From: the human T2T-CHM13v2.0 reference genome, Homo sapiens
Length of the DNA: 64,000 nucleotides
Direction: 5' to 3' (one strand)
Assembly (NCBI RefSeq): GCF_009914755.1
Contig: NC_060930.1
The stretch's first letter is position 1; each line of letters starts with the position of its first letter. The notes beneath the pieces are model-generated. The model was not told the DNA's origin and did not search any database. It was given only the letters and a program-made list of their open reading frames with translations. A program made the translations under genes and the position numbers. Positions 31,690-45,900 of the stretch are shown here, in pieces.

Positions 31690-31991
31690 TTTCTTTCTTT
31701 TCCTTTCTTGTTTTTTTTTTTGAGACGGAGTTTTGCTCTTGTTGCCCAGGCTGGAGTGCAGGCTCACTGCAACCTCCGCCTCCTGAGTTCAAGCAATTAT
31801 CCTGCCTCAACCTCCCAAGTAGCTGGGATTACAGGCATGCACCAACACGCCCGGCTGATTTTTTGTGTTTTTAGTAGAGACGGGGTTTCTCCATGTTGGT
31901 CAGGCTGGTCTCGAACTCCCGACCTCAGGTGATCCGCCCACCTCGGCCTCCCAAATGCTGGGATTACAGGCATGAGCTACCATGCCCTGCC
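31690..31991 (-). mobile_element. AluSp-like with small internal deletion
   Basis: TTTCTCCATGTTGGTCAGG and AACTCCCGACCTC are Sp diagnostics; TSD CAGATTAGTATTTCT. Confidence 0.93.
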
Positions 31992-32432
31992 TCAGATTAG
32001 TATTTCTCAGGATTAGAATAAATAGGCTTTTAGATTACTTTGCAACTATATCAAGGTTAATTGGAATACCCTCTTAAATATTTTATTCTCTCAGTCATGT
32101 AATAAATACTGTTCTTAAGAGTAATATTCCTTATTTGCAATATTAAAAGAAAAATTATGTGTAGCACTTCACCCACCTCTCACCCCCAGGAATCATGCCA
32201 GATGGTGACAGGGAAATTGTCATAGAAACTTGGGACCACAAATGCATTGGTAGTTGAGGCTGGGCAACACTGGAGACCCATTTGGATGCTTCCATGGGAG
32301 TGGTGTCCTGGAAGAGAGGCAAAGACCACCTTCACCACTGGAGCAAACCATTGACAGCAGCATGGAAGCTCTGGCCTCTGAACATAGGACAAGGCATTTC
32401 CAAGCATGTTCTGGTAGGATGTTCACATCTGC

Positions 32433-32813
32433 TGGTATGGACTGAACGTTTGCGTCTTCCCTCCAAATTCATATGTTGAAGTTCCAATTTGTAATGTGAT
32501 GGTATTTGGAAGTGGGGCCTTTGGGAGGTCATTAAACTTAGATGAAATCATGAGGGTGGGGCCCCATGATGGGATTAGTGTCCTTATAAGAATAGGAAGA
32601 GAGACCAGAAGCTCACTCTTTCTCTGCCATGTAAGGACACAGTGAGAAGGTGGCCATCTATAAGCCAGGAAGAAGTTCCTCAATGGAGAACTGAATTGGC
32701 AGTCACCTTGATCCTGGGCTTCCTGGCCTCCAGAACTGTAAGAAATGCATTACTGTTATTTAAGCCACCTGGCCTATGGTATTTTGTTATGGCAGCCCAA
32801 GCTGACTAAGACA
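32433..32813 (+). mobile_element. MLT1A/MLT1A0 MaLR solo LTR
   Basis: TATGGACTGAACGTTTG..CCAAATTCATATGTTGAA..GCCTCCAGAACTGTAAGAAAT..GCAGCCCAAGCTGACTAAGACA. Confidence 0.88.
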
Positions 32814-33344
32814 CCTCTATATGCAAATGCTGCTCAGTCGCTAAAATTTTATCAGCCAATAAAATTTTGACTTATCATTTTAGACTTAATGTTGCTGTTT
32901 GCTTTGATCTGGTCCAATTTCTTGCTGGTGACCTAGAAAGCCTATCAGGCCAAAAGTTATTTTATTGTTCATTGGAGACAGTTACTTCTTCAACATTTCC
33001 AAGCTCAAAGGCTTGTGGTAGATTTTCCTGTCCAGAAGTATTTAGTTTTACTTATTACATTTACCTGATAATTAATTATTCATAACACTTAATCACCAAT
33101 ACTGCCTTAAAATTGTTTCATTTCTTTTCCCTTGTCTGTATTTCTCCTCCTGAATCTTAGCTCTATGAAGGTCAGGACTCGTTCTCTTTTCCTGTCTGCA
33201 TCTTCAGCACCTAGCACAGTACCCAGCCCCAAAGGGTGCTGAATGGATGATGGAGTAAGGAACATTCTGGAGTGTGATGAGGGCCACTAGGTAACAGCAC
33301 CTCTAATTCATGGGTACCTTGGTCACTGAAAAGAACTAAGGAAT

Positions 33345-34016
33345 GCCTGCATAAAAATCTGTACAAGGATGCTTATAGTAGCTTTATTCATAATTTCCAA
33401 AACCTGAAGGCCACCAAGATGTTCTTCAGTAGATGAATAAATGAACGTGGTACATCTAGGCAATGGAATATTATTCAGCACTAAAGAGAAACAAGCTGTT
33501 AATCCACGAAAAGACATGGAGGATATTTAAATGCACATTACCAGGTGGAAGAAGCCAATCTGTACGTGTGATTCTGACTATATGCCATCCTGGAAAAGGC
33601 AAAACTATTGGGACAGTAAAACAATCATTGTTTGCCAGGGGTGACAGGGGGCAGGTGGGTGCGGAGGGATGAATACATGGACCACAGAGGATTTTTAGGG
33701 CAGTGAAACTACTCTGTATGCTGTAATAATGGTGAATATAAGTCATTATATACTTGTCCAAACCCATTGAATATATAACACCAAAATTGAACATTAGTGT
33801 ATACTATGGATACTGATAATAATGGTATGTCAACATAGGTTTATCAGTTGGATAAACGTAGGATATCAGTACCACTCTGGTGGGGAATGTTGATAATGGG
33901 TGAGGAGGGGAGGCTATGTATGTGTGGGGGGAAGGAGGTAGATGGGAAATCTCTGTATTTTTTTTTCTCAATTTTGCTGTGAACCTAAAAATGCTCCTAA
34001 AATATAGTCTTAAAAA
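33345..34016 (+). mobile_element. L1MC1-like 5'-truncated L1
   Basis: CAATGGAATATTATTCAGCACTAAA..GAAGAAGCCAATCTG..GTCCAAACCCAT..TTTTGCTGTGAACCTAAAAATGCTC; flanking repeat A(A/G)GA(A/G)CTAAGGAAT. Confidence 0.85.
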
Positions 34017-34854
34017 AGGAGCTAAGGAATTCTTTAGATAATGTTTTTCCTAGGGTATCTGTTTCCTCCGTCTCCCTGTTTCTTGTCTAGATGGTATCAA
34101 ATTCATTTCCTTGCTCTGCCTTAAAGTCACCATTCTAACCTAACCGGTAACAGGAAGATTGAGTTGGCAAAAGGGACTCCTCAGAGCTTTGAAGGAGGAA
34201 TTGGGGAACTGCTTGGCCATATCTGTAATCTCAAACAAATTATAATTTATACACAGAACTAAGAAGAACTCTAGCATAGAACCTAGGAAATTATAATCTT
34301 CAACTATCCTCTGTTTAGGCAGACTATAAAGCTAGGATTACTGAACGCTTATATATAGAAAAAAGGAAGAAAAGATTTTTCCAGTAGGCAACCAGAAGCC
34401 CTAAATACTTGCTTTCATTATGATGTAAATTTTCATACAAATACAGAGAAAACCGTGGGTTGAGTATATATAGATTTTCATAATGTATTTGATAATTCAG
34501 TTTTTAGTGGAATATCCCAGTAATTCTCATTTGGGGGAGAGAATGATTAGTCAGAGTTGGGGAACCAACTTAAAAACAGGAAATGAAGGGTATGGTAAAT
34601 ATAGGTAATGTCTCTATGGGGAAATATAAAGAGAACAATGTTCAAGCCTTTGTTTTAACCAAATTCCTTATAAATGATTTTTGGTCTAGGATAAAATGTA
34701 CAGCAAACTTCTCAAATGTGTGATTGACACAAAACTTTTTTGACTTGAGAGACAAGCCAAAAAAAGAGATAAATGCAGGAAGTTAATGAATCTGTATAAG
34801 TGGGTTTAAAAATGGCAACTAGCACATTTGAGAGGTTTTAGGTAAGAGCAAAAA

Positions 34855-35420
<566 letters not shown>

Positions 35421-35760
35421 ACTTCCCTATGGAGCCTCATCAAATACACAGAAATGAAGGGAATAGAAACCGAGAAAGAAACTAGAGATCTGGAGTATTG
35501 TTCAAAGAGGAAACTCTTCCAGGAAGAACAAATAGAAAAAAGCTGAGCACCAGATAAGGTGTTGAAAAACCAAACCAAATGTTGTCTTATTTATTTATAA
35601 TTTGGATGTATTTACACCTGCATTATTGTGAGCAGTTCTGGTCAAAGTAAGTTTAGAAAGAACCAGTAGAAGGAGATTGGCAATGAAAATGGCAGAACAT
35701 GCAGTCAGTTGCTGTCCACAGGGGAGAAAAATGAAAGAACAGATGAAAATGGAAGTTTGG

Positions 35761-36189
<429 letters not shown>

Positions 36190-36439
36190 TCAGGATATAA
36201 AAGGGAAATAGTGGTGAACTCATTTAGTAATAAACACATGCCATTACTACCCCAAAAGTTAGTATGGGCACAACATATCATACATTTTGCTGTGTTTAAC
36301 AAATTATTGGAAATAATTATAAACAATTCTTGAAGATAGAAATGGATCCACCATTCAAGAGTGATGCCAGGGAGGGTAGTTATGCACTTTACCCAGCCAA
36401 GTGTTTCTAAAAAACAAAGAGAAAACATACTGAAGTCGT

Positions 36440-36620
36440 CCAACATTGCTTTGAAGTCAGACAGACCCAGGTTCAAATTCCAGCGCTACAGTTCACTGAG
36501 TAGTTACTTAATTCCTCTGGGCTGCAGATTTTTCACCCGCCAACTGCAGATAATCATGCTTCCCTGGGCAATTGGGCCTGGCATATAACTGGCAGTCAAA
36601 AAATGTTGGCTGTTATTATA
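36440..36620 (+). mobile_element. MIR
   Basis: GCTTTGAAGTCAGACAGACCCAGGTTCAAATTCCAGC..AGTTACTTAATTCCTCTGGGC..AAATGTTGGCTGTTATTA. Confidence 0.75.
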
Positions 36621-38241
36621 ATTAAGATGACCCCACGTGCCTTCTGATGTGCTCAAAAAAGCGTTTCTCTTCCGTTAGACTGAAGGATGTTGAGGGTTTC
36701 AATTTTATTTTACTCTGAGCTGCAATTCTCAGGCTCAGCTCTGAGTTTATGTTTATATCTTTATACGCAGGGTGGGAAATTGCTGTGACTTCACTGGATC
36801 TTCACAAACTGCATAGTTTTGCAGCAGCTTACATATTATTTCTTGATTACCTTTTCTTAATAGCTTACAATGATACAGTTATCACCCGTATTTGTCTTTT
36901 GAATTTTGTTTGTGGTTACTTGATCTGTTTTTGATGATCCTTTGACTCCCATAATGTGAGAAGAGAAGGGGTTTCTTTGCCATTTCTGATCTCCTAGATT
37001 GAGAACGCTTTAGTCCAGGGAACAAGACATACTGTAAGTAACAACAACTGCACAACAATTCTCAAATAAATCTTCCGCGATGTAAATGACGAGCTGAATA
37101 AAAGACAAAGTAGAATGTGTTTGTTATGACTCACATATTGCCTAGAACTTCAGAGTCCCTGCCCATTTTGTTTAAATCAGACATGTCAGGTGACCTGGCC
37201 ACAAAGACTGAGTGTGACACTGATGTGCATTTTGCTAAAACAAGGTCAGCAGTCAGAGCTGTAGAGCTACACCCTGGTGAATTCAGCTACGACAGTTGCC
37301 CAGAAAATTATAATTTAGGAAATTATTTTCTAAATTTCATCAATATTTCTCATTTCTGGGCACCGGCATTTTAAAATATCTTATTATTATTATTATTATT
37401 ATTATTTTGCCATTTACCTCATAAGTAAGTGACTCTTTTTCAGCCACAACAGTGAGAGAAAGTGGGAGACTGACCTAAGAGAGAAACAGGAAGAAAGAAA
37501 TTGTCCAGAATTTTGTAATTATGTATTTCCACTTCCATTATATTTATAGTTTCAAAGAAATAAACAGAGAAATAATTTTAAAAAGCGGGCACCAGCCAAA
37601 AAGAATTTATAATGGAAGGCAAATACTTGATTAGAATCTGAGCTTGTGACTATTACTTTGTTATTCTTGTAAACTGACATCCACCTTAAAGACATAGCTT
37701 TGGAAAAATGTATAAAATTGGAAACACATTTACCATAAAACAGTCAGCCCATCCTCCTCTTATTTTTACCTCAGCCTCAGATTTTCTGGCTACAGTCACA
37801 AAAAGGAATGAAAGGTCAGTGAAGAACAACATAGTCTTGTTTAATCTTTAAAACTTAGTTAGGTACTTTAAATGGCACCTAACTGGAACCTCAGCCCCTC
37901 AGACGTGGACTCCTTTGAATTGTTGCTTCTGTGTGTCTCTCAGGGATGGTTCTTGAGATGGAATCTACTCAGAAATGCAGTCAACACCATGTCTGCTTTA
38001 GATTAAAAAAAGAGAGAGAGATTTTTTAATCAACCAGGTAAATAAATTACAGAGAATTTCAACTACAAATTAAAATGTACTTTGAGAGAGAGACATGATT
38101 GGAACTGAAGTGTCTACATTAAAGTTATGAACCTTCAGAGATCTACCTTTCCATGACTATCGCTTCTGTGTTACCCAAGATAGACTTTTTCCCCTCTTAC
38201 TCTTTAAAATTATCAATGAAATTGCAGTTTCCTTGCATTGA

Positions 38242-38852
<611 letters not shown>

Positions 38853-41142
38853 TTAACCTTGTCTTTTAAAGGCAGGGTTTGACACATACTTGGTATGAGA
38901 ATGAAGGGTAGCGTGAATAAAAAGGAATAAGGGCCTTCCATTCAGAGGGACTGATTCTAGACTTTTGTAATGACTGCATTTTGGGTGAAACCTTTGTAAA
39001 TTGAGACAAAAATGCCTGAGTTTGTCTTAAAAATTTTTATTTATTTTAAAAAATTCACCTCGATATTGGAAAAGATAAAGGTGTTAATGTGTACTACTCC
39101 AGCAGTGAGGGAAGGTTCTAGAATGCTCCCTGGTTGTTGCCCTCATACTTTGGGATGTTATGCTGATCCCTGCACCTTAAGTTCAAATTCCAGTTTCCTT
39201 GCTCAACTTGAACAACATGCAAGAGTTGGCTGTAAGGGCTGTTTTTTTATTTTTTATTTTTCTGCTTGGTTTTGTTTTGCTTTGTTTTTTAACCACGTAA
39301 TTAAAGAATTGTGGATATAGATTAACTTCTCGCCCACTCTATCCCCTCCCGTACTGTTTTAACTAACAGGGACTAAGCACCATGGTCCTTTGATGGATTT
39401 CCTATTTTGATGGTAAAATCCTTGTTTTTCTTACAAAAAATATCTTCTCTGCTTCTGACAAAACTCTAATCTTGCCCTTCTGACTCCGAGTCCCTGCATG
39501 CCTCTCTTCCATGTTTCAGGAAGGAACAATTAGGCAATCCTGCCATGTTTCTTCTGAAAGTAGCAAAAACAGTGACTTCAAGAGCCCTTATGCTGAATCA
39601 TGACATAGGTATTTTTTTCTACACCACCCGGAACACTTTGAATTAAAGCAGGAAGCCTGACTCTAAGCCACTATTGCACTAAGCCCTGGAAAGAAAGAAG
39701 TGTGGAAGAAGGGAAGAGGATGGAAGAAAAACAACCTTTTCTGAGTAAAAAGTTTAGTCTTTCTTCCAGTGTACAGTTTAAAAATGTGGGCTCATTGGAA
39801 TGAATTTGAAGGTTAGGTTACAATTTGCTTACAGCAGATTTTACGATTAAACTCATTGAATCAGCCTTTTTTTTAACCCGTTAAGTGACGTATACATGGG
39901 ATTAAACAGAATGAAATTCAGTTGTTTCTCAACTCACTCTCCTAGCCTCACATCTGTCAAAATCATTGCTGTTTGATTTTCTTTTCTGCAAAGGCCCCCG
40001 AGACACATTTGCCTTTAAGCGCTTGGGCACTGGTGGGAGCTGCGTGTTCTGGGTGTCTTTAAGTGCACTGGGCTGGGCTAGGCAACGCAGCTCGTGTGTC
40101 CCGGGAAAGCTGCAGTCTGCTGAGTGTAAGATACACACCCAGACCACACCTTCAGAGCCATGCAAAGCTGGAAGGAGACAGAGATAAGGTACACTGAAAG
40201 GAAGAAAGAAACTCCTCTCTCCAAGCTGCATCTGCTTGCTCAGGTGAGAGTGCAGTGCCTTGCCATTTTATTTTTCTTCTGATGAAAGAAAAGTGGCACT
40301 TGGCCTGCTCCTCTCAGTCAAGGGTTAAGAGCCATTTCTTCCTAGAGAGGTTTCCTGATACCCACTCCTATCCAGCTCTGACTTCCTGGCACCCCCCCTC
40401 AATGGGCTGCTCTTCGTCTTCTTTCTTTGTAGCCAGCTAGTGTACCACTTTCTCAGTCTCTCTCTCGACTGGGGAGTCCTCCTTCTTGACACTGGACTCC
40501 AGGAGTCTTGGAATATCTTTGCAGCCTCATGTCTAGCACTTAGTAGATGCACGATTGTTAATCGAATGAGCAAACAAACTGTGGGAACCCACAAAGCTGT
40601 TCTGACTTCCTGACTGCCCTGGTAAGCTAAATTTATGTTGCACCAGATAGGCCAAGCCTAACACTTCTTAAATAGGAGATTCTTTGAAAAAGGGAGGGGA
40701 GTGAGGAGAGGAAAACAATGATAGAAGTGGTCTCCTGGTAAACAGAAGTAAGAGCCTTTGAAAGGATCAACAAATAAAAACAAGCTGATAATCTCTGTTT
40801 GGCTGCAAATACAGTATTCTAAATCCAGATTAGGTGCTACCTTACTTTATCAGTGTGGAGCATTCACAAATGCAGTTGTTCCAGTTTCTGCACGTATTTC
40901 TTTCCCTTTCAGTTCTGTGGTACAGTTGAAGCCATCAAAATGTTAGTATGATCTATACTAGTTATCTGGAAAGTTTTTAACTGCATCCTATAAGTAAAAA
41001 ATTTATCAGCCCACATCTTCTCTTTTTATATAGCCATCAATTATCTGCATGCACTTCTGTGTTAGCATATCATGTACATTATAAAACATTATATATATAT
41101 AAATTAAAAGAAGATGATATAAAAACAGAAATAGAAATTCCA

Positions 41143-41543
<401 letters not shown>

Positions 41544-42133
41544 TTAATGATTTGGGCAAAATCAGAGCTCCCCTCCTTTGAACTCTTGCAGGGGGATAGG
41601 TGGGATAGTGATGTGACTGTGGGCTACTCATTATGCTTCTCTCTGCCTCAGTTTACCTCTCCTTATATAGCCTTGTTTATCTTACAGAAATGTAGAGATT
41701 AATGGATGATATACCTCATTCTGGACTTTAAGAGTGAGGTCATTGATTTGACATATTGTATATTAATTCCTTCTAATCTCTTCTATTTTCTGGGAAAATT
41801 CTATTATTTCATTAAATAGTGTTGCTTCTCCCATTAAATAGGGGGTAATATTGTCATCTTCATCTTCAAATTGTGGACCTTTAGCAGGAGGAGGAAACTT
41901 AGAGGGCAGCTCTAGTCTAGTTTTTACCCAATGACATAAGGAGACTGAGCCATAAAGAAGGTGGTAGGTTGCTTGATGTGACAGATCACCCCGTTGCTTG
42001 CAAAACTGATCTCTCCTCTTTTCCTCTGATTTGGTTTCCCTCCTCTGAGTGCCCATATGCCTGAAGGCAGGCTAGGGCCCCTCTTCAGCCTCAGGATGAG
42101 GGCGGGGCGGTGCATCTTGAGTAGGTAAGTCAA

Positions 42134-42537
42134 CTATGGAGATACTATCTATCTGCCTTGCTAAATGATTGGGTTTATGCTTAGGTATGTAATATGGTCT
42201 GACCAAGCTTTTTGGAAAGTTTTCTTCACTTTCCAAAGAGACACACCTAGTGGACATTCCCTTCCCACCTCTGGACCTCAGTATCTCTGTGTGGCGTGGA
42301 CATTCCAGTAACTGTCTTAGGGCCATGGAGGAAGCTAGCCTGTAAGGATGACCTTGTCCATGAGGTGTGACGGACTGGAAAGATGGTCACAGATCATGGA
42401 GCTGCCAACCTAACTGTCCTGGAACTTTCATAACTCTGGCCCTCATGCCATAAAAAATGATAAGTGTTCTCACTGTTTAAACTACTTTAGTTGCATTTTT
42501 GTGTAATTTGTAGCCAAAATGCATCCTAACTGATACA
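42134..42537 (+). mobile_element. Old MLT1 (J/K/L-like) MaLR LTR
   Basis: 3' end TGTTTAAACTACTTTAGTTG..TTGTAGCCAAAATGCATCCTAACTGATACA; start approximate. Confidence 0.6.
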
Positions 42538-43487
42538 CTTATCCAAGGAGCCTGGGGGTGGCAGAAATGGAACAAGAATCCAGAACTTTAAAATAGCAAG
42601 TACTGTACTGCTTGGGCCTTATTTACAAATCATAGCTTGAGAGAATTCATTCATCCTGCTCAGTAAGAGCAGTTTGTTCCTTTCACTTCAGGAATTTTGG
42701 TCCCTGTATACTTCGAAGTCTCTGAAAGAATAACATTATTTGATTACAGGAATGTTCTACTTCCTTGCTTCCATTGTGTGTTCAACTCTGGTGACATCTT
42801 GATGGGCTTCTTCTGGGAAAACATATTTACTTTTTCATTTTTAGCTTCTCATCCAGGGATATCCAGTTACACTATAAATGTCATCTATTGGCAAATATAA
42901 TTTGCCTACAGAGGCCTGGACCAACAGTCCCTCGGTGAATTCATGACAAAACGCCTGAATGTGGAATCAGGGTAGTCGCGTGTTCAAACCAAAACTCTAT
43001 CCGCTGCTGGTCCAAGGTGCCTCTTGCTGTTGCCAATTAGCCGGGACACCCAGAACTAACCCAGGAGCTTATAAAGGTAATGAGTGGTTTCAAATCACCC
43101 ACAGACACCCATAGTAAATGGAAAAGCTTTTGTCTTTTGTCAACATCTTTAATGGTTTCAGTTGGTAAATTATTAACAGAATATATGTGGAGTCCTCAGC
43201 ATTTCAAATACATTTGCTTTCTGAACAGGAACATTGGAGAACAGTCTCTCCTGCCAAGTTCCAAGTTGCAGGTGCCCACTCTTCTGCCCTCCCTCCCTGT
43301 CTCCTGCCCTGGGCTGTGTTAGGATCTTTCTTCTCTTGCTAAAGGGGGCTTCTCTCCACACTCCTGAGAGCTCTTAGCTTCTTGTGCACATTTACCCTTG
43401 TCCAGGCCCTGTCGTATGAATAGTTCTATTTCATTCGACTCTTCCTCTCCAGACATGTGGGAGAAAGATGACAATTTGAAAAACATA

Positions 43488-43820
43488 GGCCAGCCGTGGT
43501 GGCTCACGCCTGTAATCCCTCACTTTGGGAGGCCGAGGTGGGTGGATCACTTGATCCCAGGAGTTCGAGACCAGCCTGGGCAACATAGTGAGACATCATC
43601 TTTACAAAAAATAAAAAATTAGCTGGGTGTGGTGGCACATGCCTGTAGTCCCAGCTACTTAGGAGGCTGAGGTGGGAGGATCACTTGAGCCTGGGGAGTT
43701 TGAGGCTGCAGTGAGTTGAGATTGTGCCACTGCACTCCAGCCTGGGTGACAAAGTGAGACTCTGTCTCATAAATAAAGAAATAAAAATTAAAACAACAAC
43801 AACAACAACAACAACAACAA
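43488..43820 (+). mobile_element. AluJ with (AAC)n-extended tail
   Basis: GGAGGATCACTTGAGCC..GAGGCTGCAGTGAG are J-type; (AAC)n at about 43792-43820. Confidence 0.92.
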
Positions 43821-43827
43821 AACCCTA

Positions 43828-44129
<302 letters not shown>

Positions 44130-44789
44130 CCTGGTTCTAGTAAAGGCTCTCCCACTTACTAACTTATTCACCTTGCGTAAATCACTTAACTTCCCTCAGC
44201 CTTGGTGTCTTTCAGCTGTCAATTGGCAATTGTCACACTCTTTGTGGTATCTATGTCTCAGAAGCTTCAGAATCAAGCAATCTAATCCCTGTCGAGAGCC
44301 TGAAAACCTTATAGTTCTCACTATTGGGTACTGTTTATGTTGACATTTTTTCTTCACAGGAGGTTCACAACACATCCGTTGAAATGCTGGGATTGTGACT
44401 GACTCAGTTAGGCAGGAAGAACAAGTCCTCGTGTCAATGAGTGGAAGGATGACACATTTGCTGGAAAATACAGTGTGTTGTCGTATTCACACTAACACCA
44501 CTGAGAAGTTGATCCTGTTATTATTATTCGCAGCGACATTTCCTGGCTTAGACCTAGCGTACTGGGTAATGCCCATATGTTCAGAACAGTCAATACTGCA
44601 ACGGAGAAAGGGAAAGGCTCGGGGGGTGGTGGACTACTGGAAGGGTAAATGGGAGAGACAGGTTATACTTTTATCAAGATTTTCTTTCTTTCTTTCTTTT
44701 TTTTTTAAAGAGCATTAGCTGTTACATTGTTATGATTACATCTGTGGGACAGGAGACATGGACCGGAGTTAAAAAGCAATAAAGCATAT

Positions 44790-44945
44790 AGGCTATCACT
44801 GTCTCTAACACAGTGACTCTTGGCAAAATAGGTAGCTTCTCTAAATTTTTCTCATTAATTAAACGGAAATGGGAATGGTAACTACCTCCATTGGGTTGCT
44901 GTGAGTATTAAATGAGATAACACGCAAAGTAACTAGCACATGATG
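44790..44945 (+). mobile_element. MIR fragment
   Basis: GTGACTCTTGGCAA..CTCAT..ACTACCTCCATTGGGTTGCTGTGAGTATTAAATGAGATAA. Confidence 0.7.
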
Positions 44946-45105
44946 ATACTATGTGCATGTGCATGGCTAGCGCACACAAGTGTGGGTGCACTTGAATATT
45001 ACCCAGTTTCTGGTTCACTGAGGAGCCACCCATTCCACCAATCATTTGCTGATCCTATATAAACATAATGCTATGCTGCAAGGCAGTGAGCTCCCAAGGT
45101 GCTTA

Positions 45106-45523
<418 letters not shown>

Positions 45524-45699
45524 TTACTGATTATAAGTGCTGAGAAAAGTATTAGTCACTTGAGACCTGAAAAACTCACAGAAGTGCTTCACAGGCAGCA
45601 TATCATGGAGAATGACTATGTTTTAAATTAGGGAAAAAATTCCAGGTGTAGAGCAAGAAGAGCAAAGCCATGCTGAGGAAGGAGAAGAAATCCTGGCTA

Positions 45700-45900
45700 G
45701 CCGGAATGCCCAGCCAATGGGAACTGGCCGGATTGCAAGGCAAGATCGGGCATCCCTTCCAGGGACGCCGTCATTGGCTCGAACACCGATAGGGTCTGCT
45801 CAGTCATTGCTCAGGAATTCTTGCTTCTAAAGGGAGCAGCTGCAATGAGCAATGCCTGGGAACACATTATTAACTCGCAATACACAGTGTGGCCCGCTCT
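45700..45900. promoter_or_regulatory. Candidate promoter/enhancer: two NF-Y CCAAT boxes plus an ARE/MARE site
   Basis: AGCCAATGG (45712-45720), TCATTGGCT (45771-45779), TGCTCAGTCAT (45797-45807), about 9 CpGs in 200 bp of non-Alu DNA; motif evidence only. Confidence 0.4.

Noticed and set aside
37060-37110. ATAAATCTTCCGC resembling part of U5 snRNA
   Set aside because: The match is only about 12 nt and flanking U5 sequence is absent
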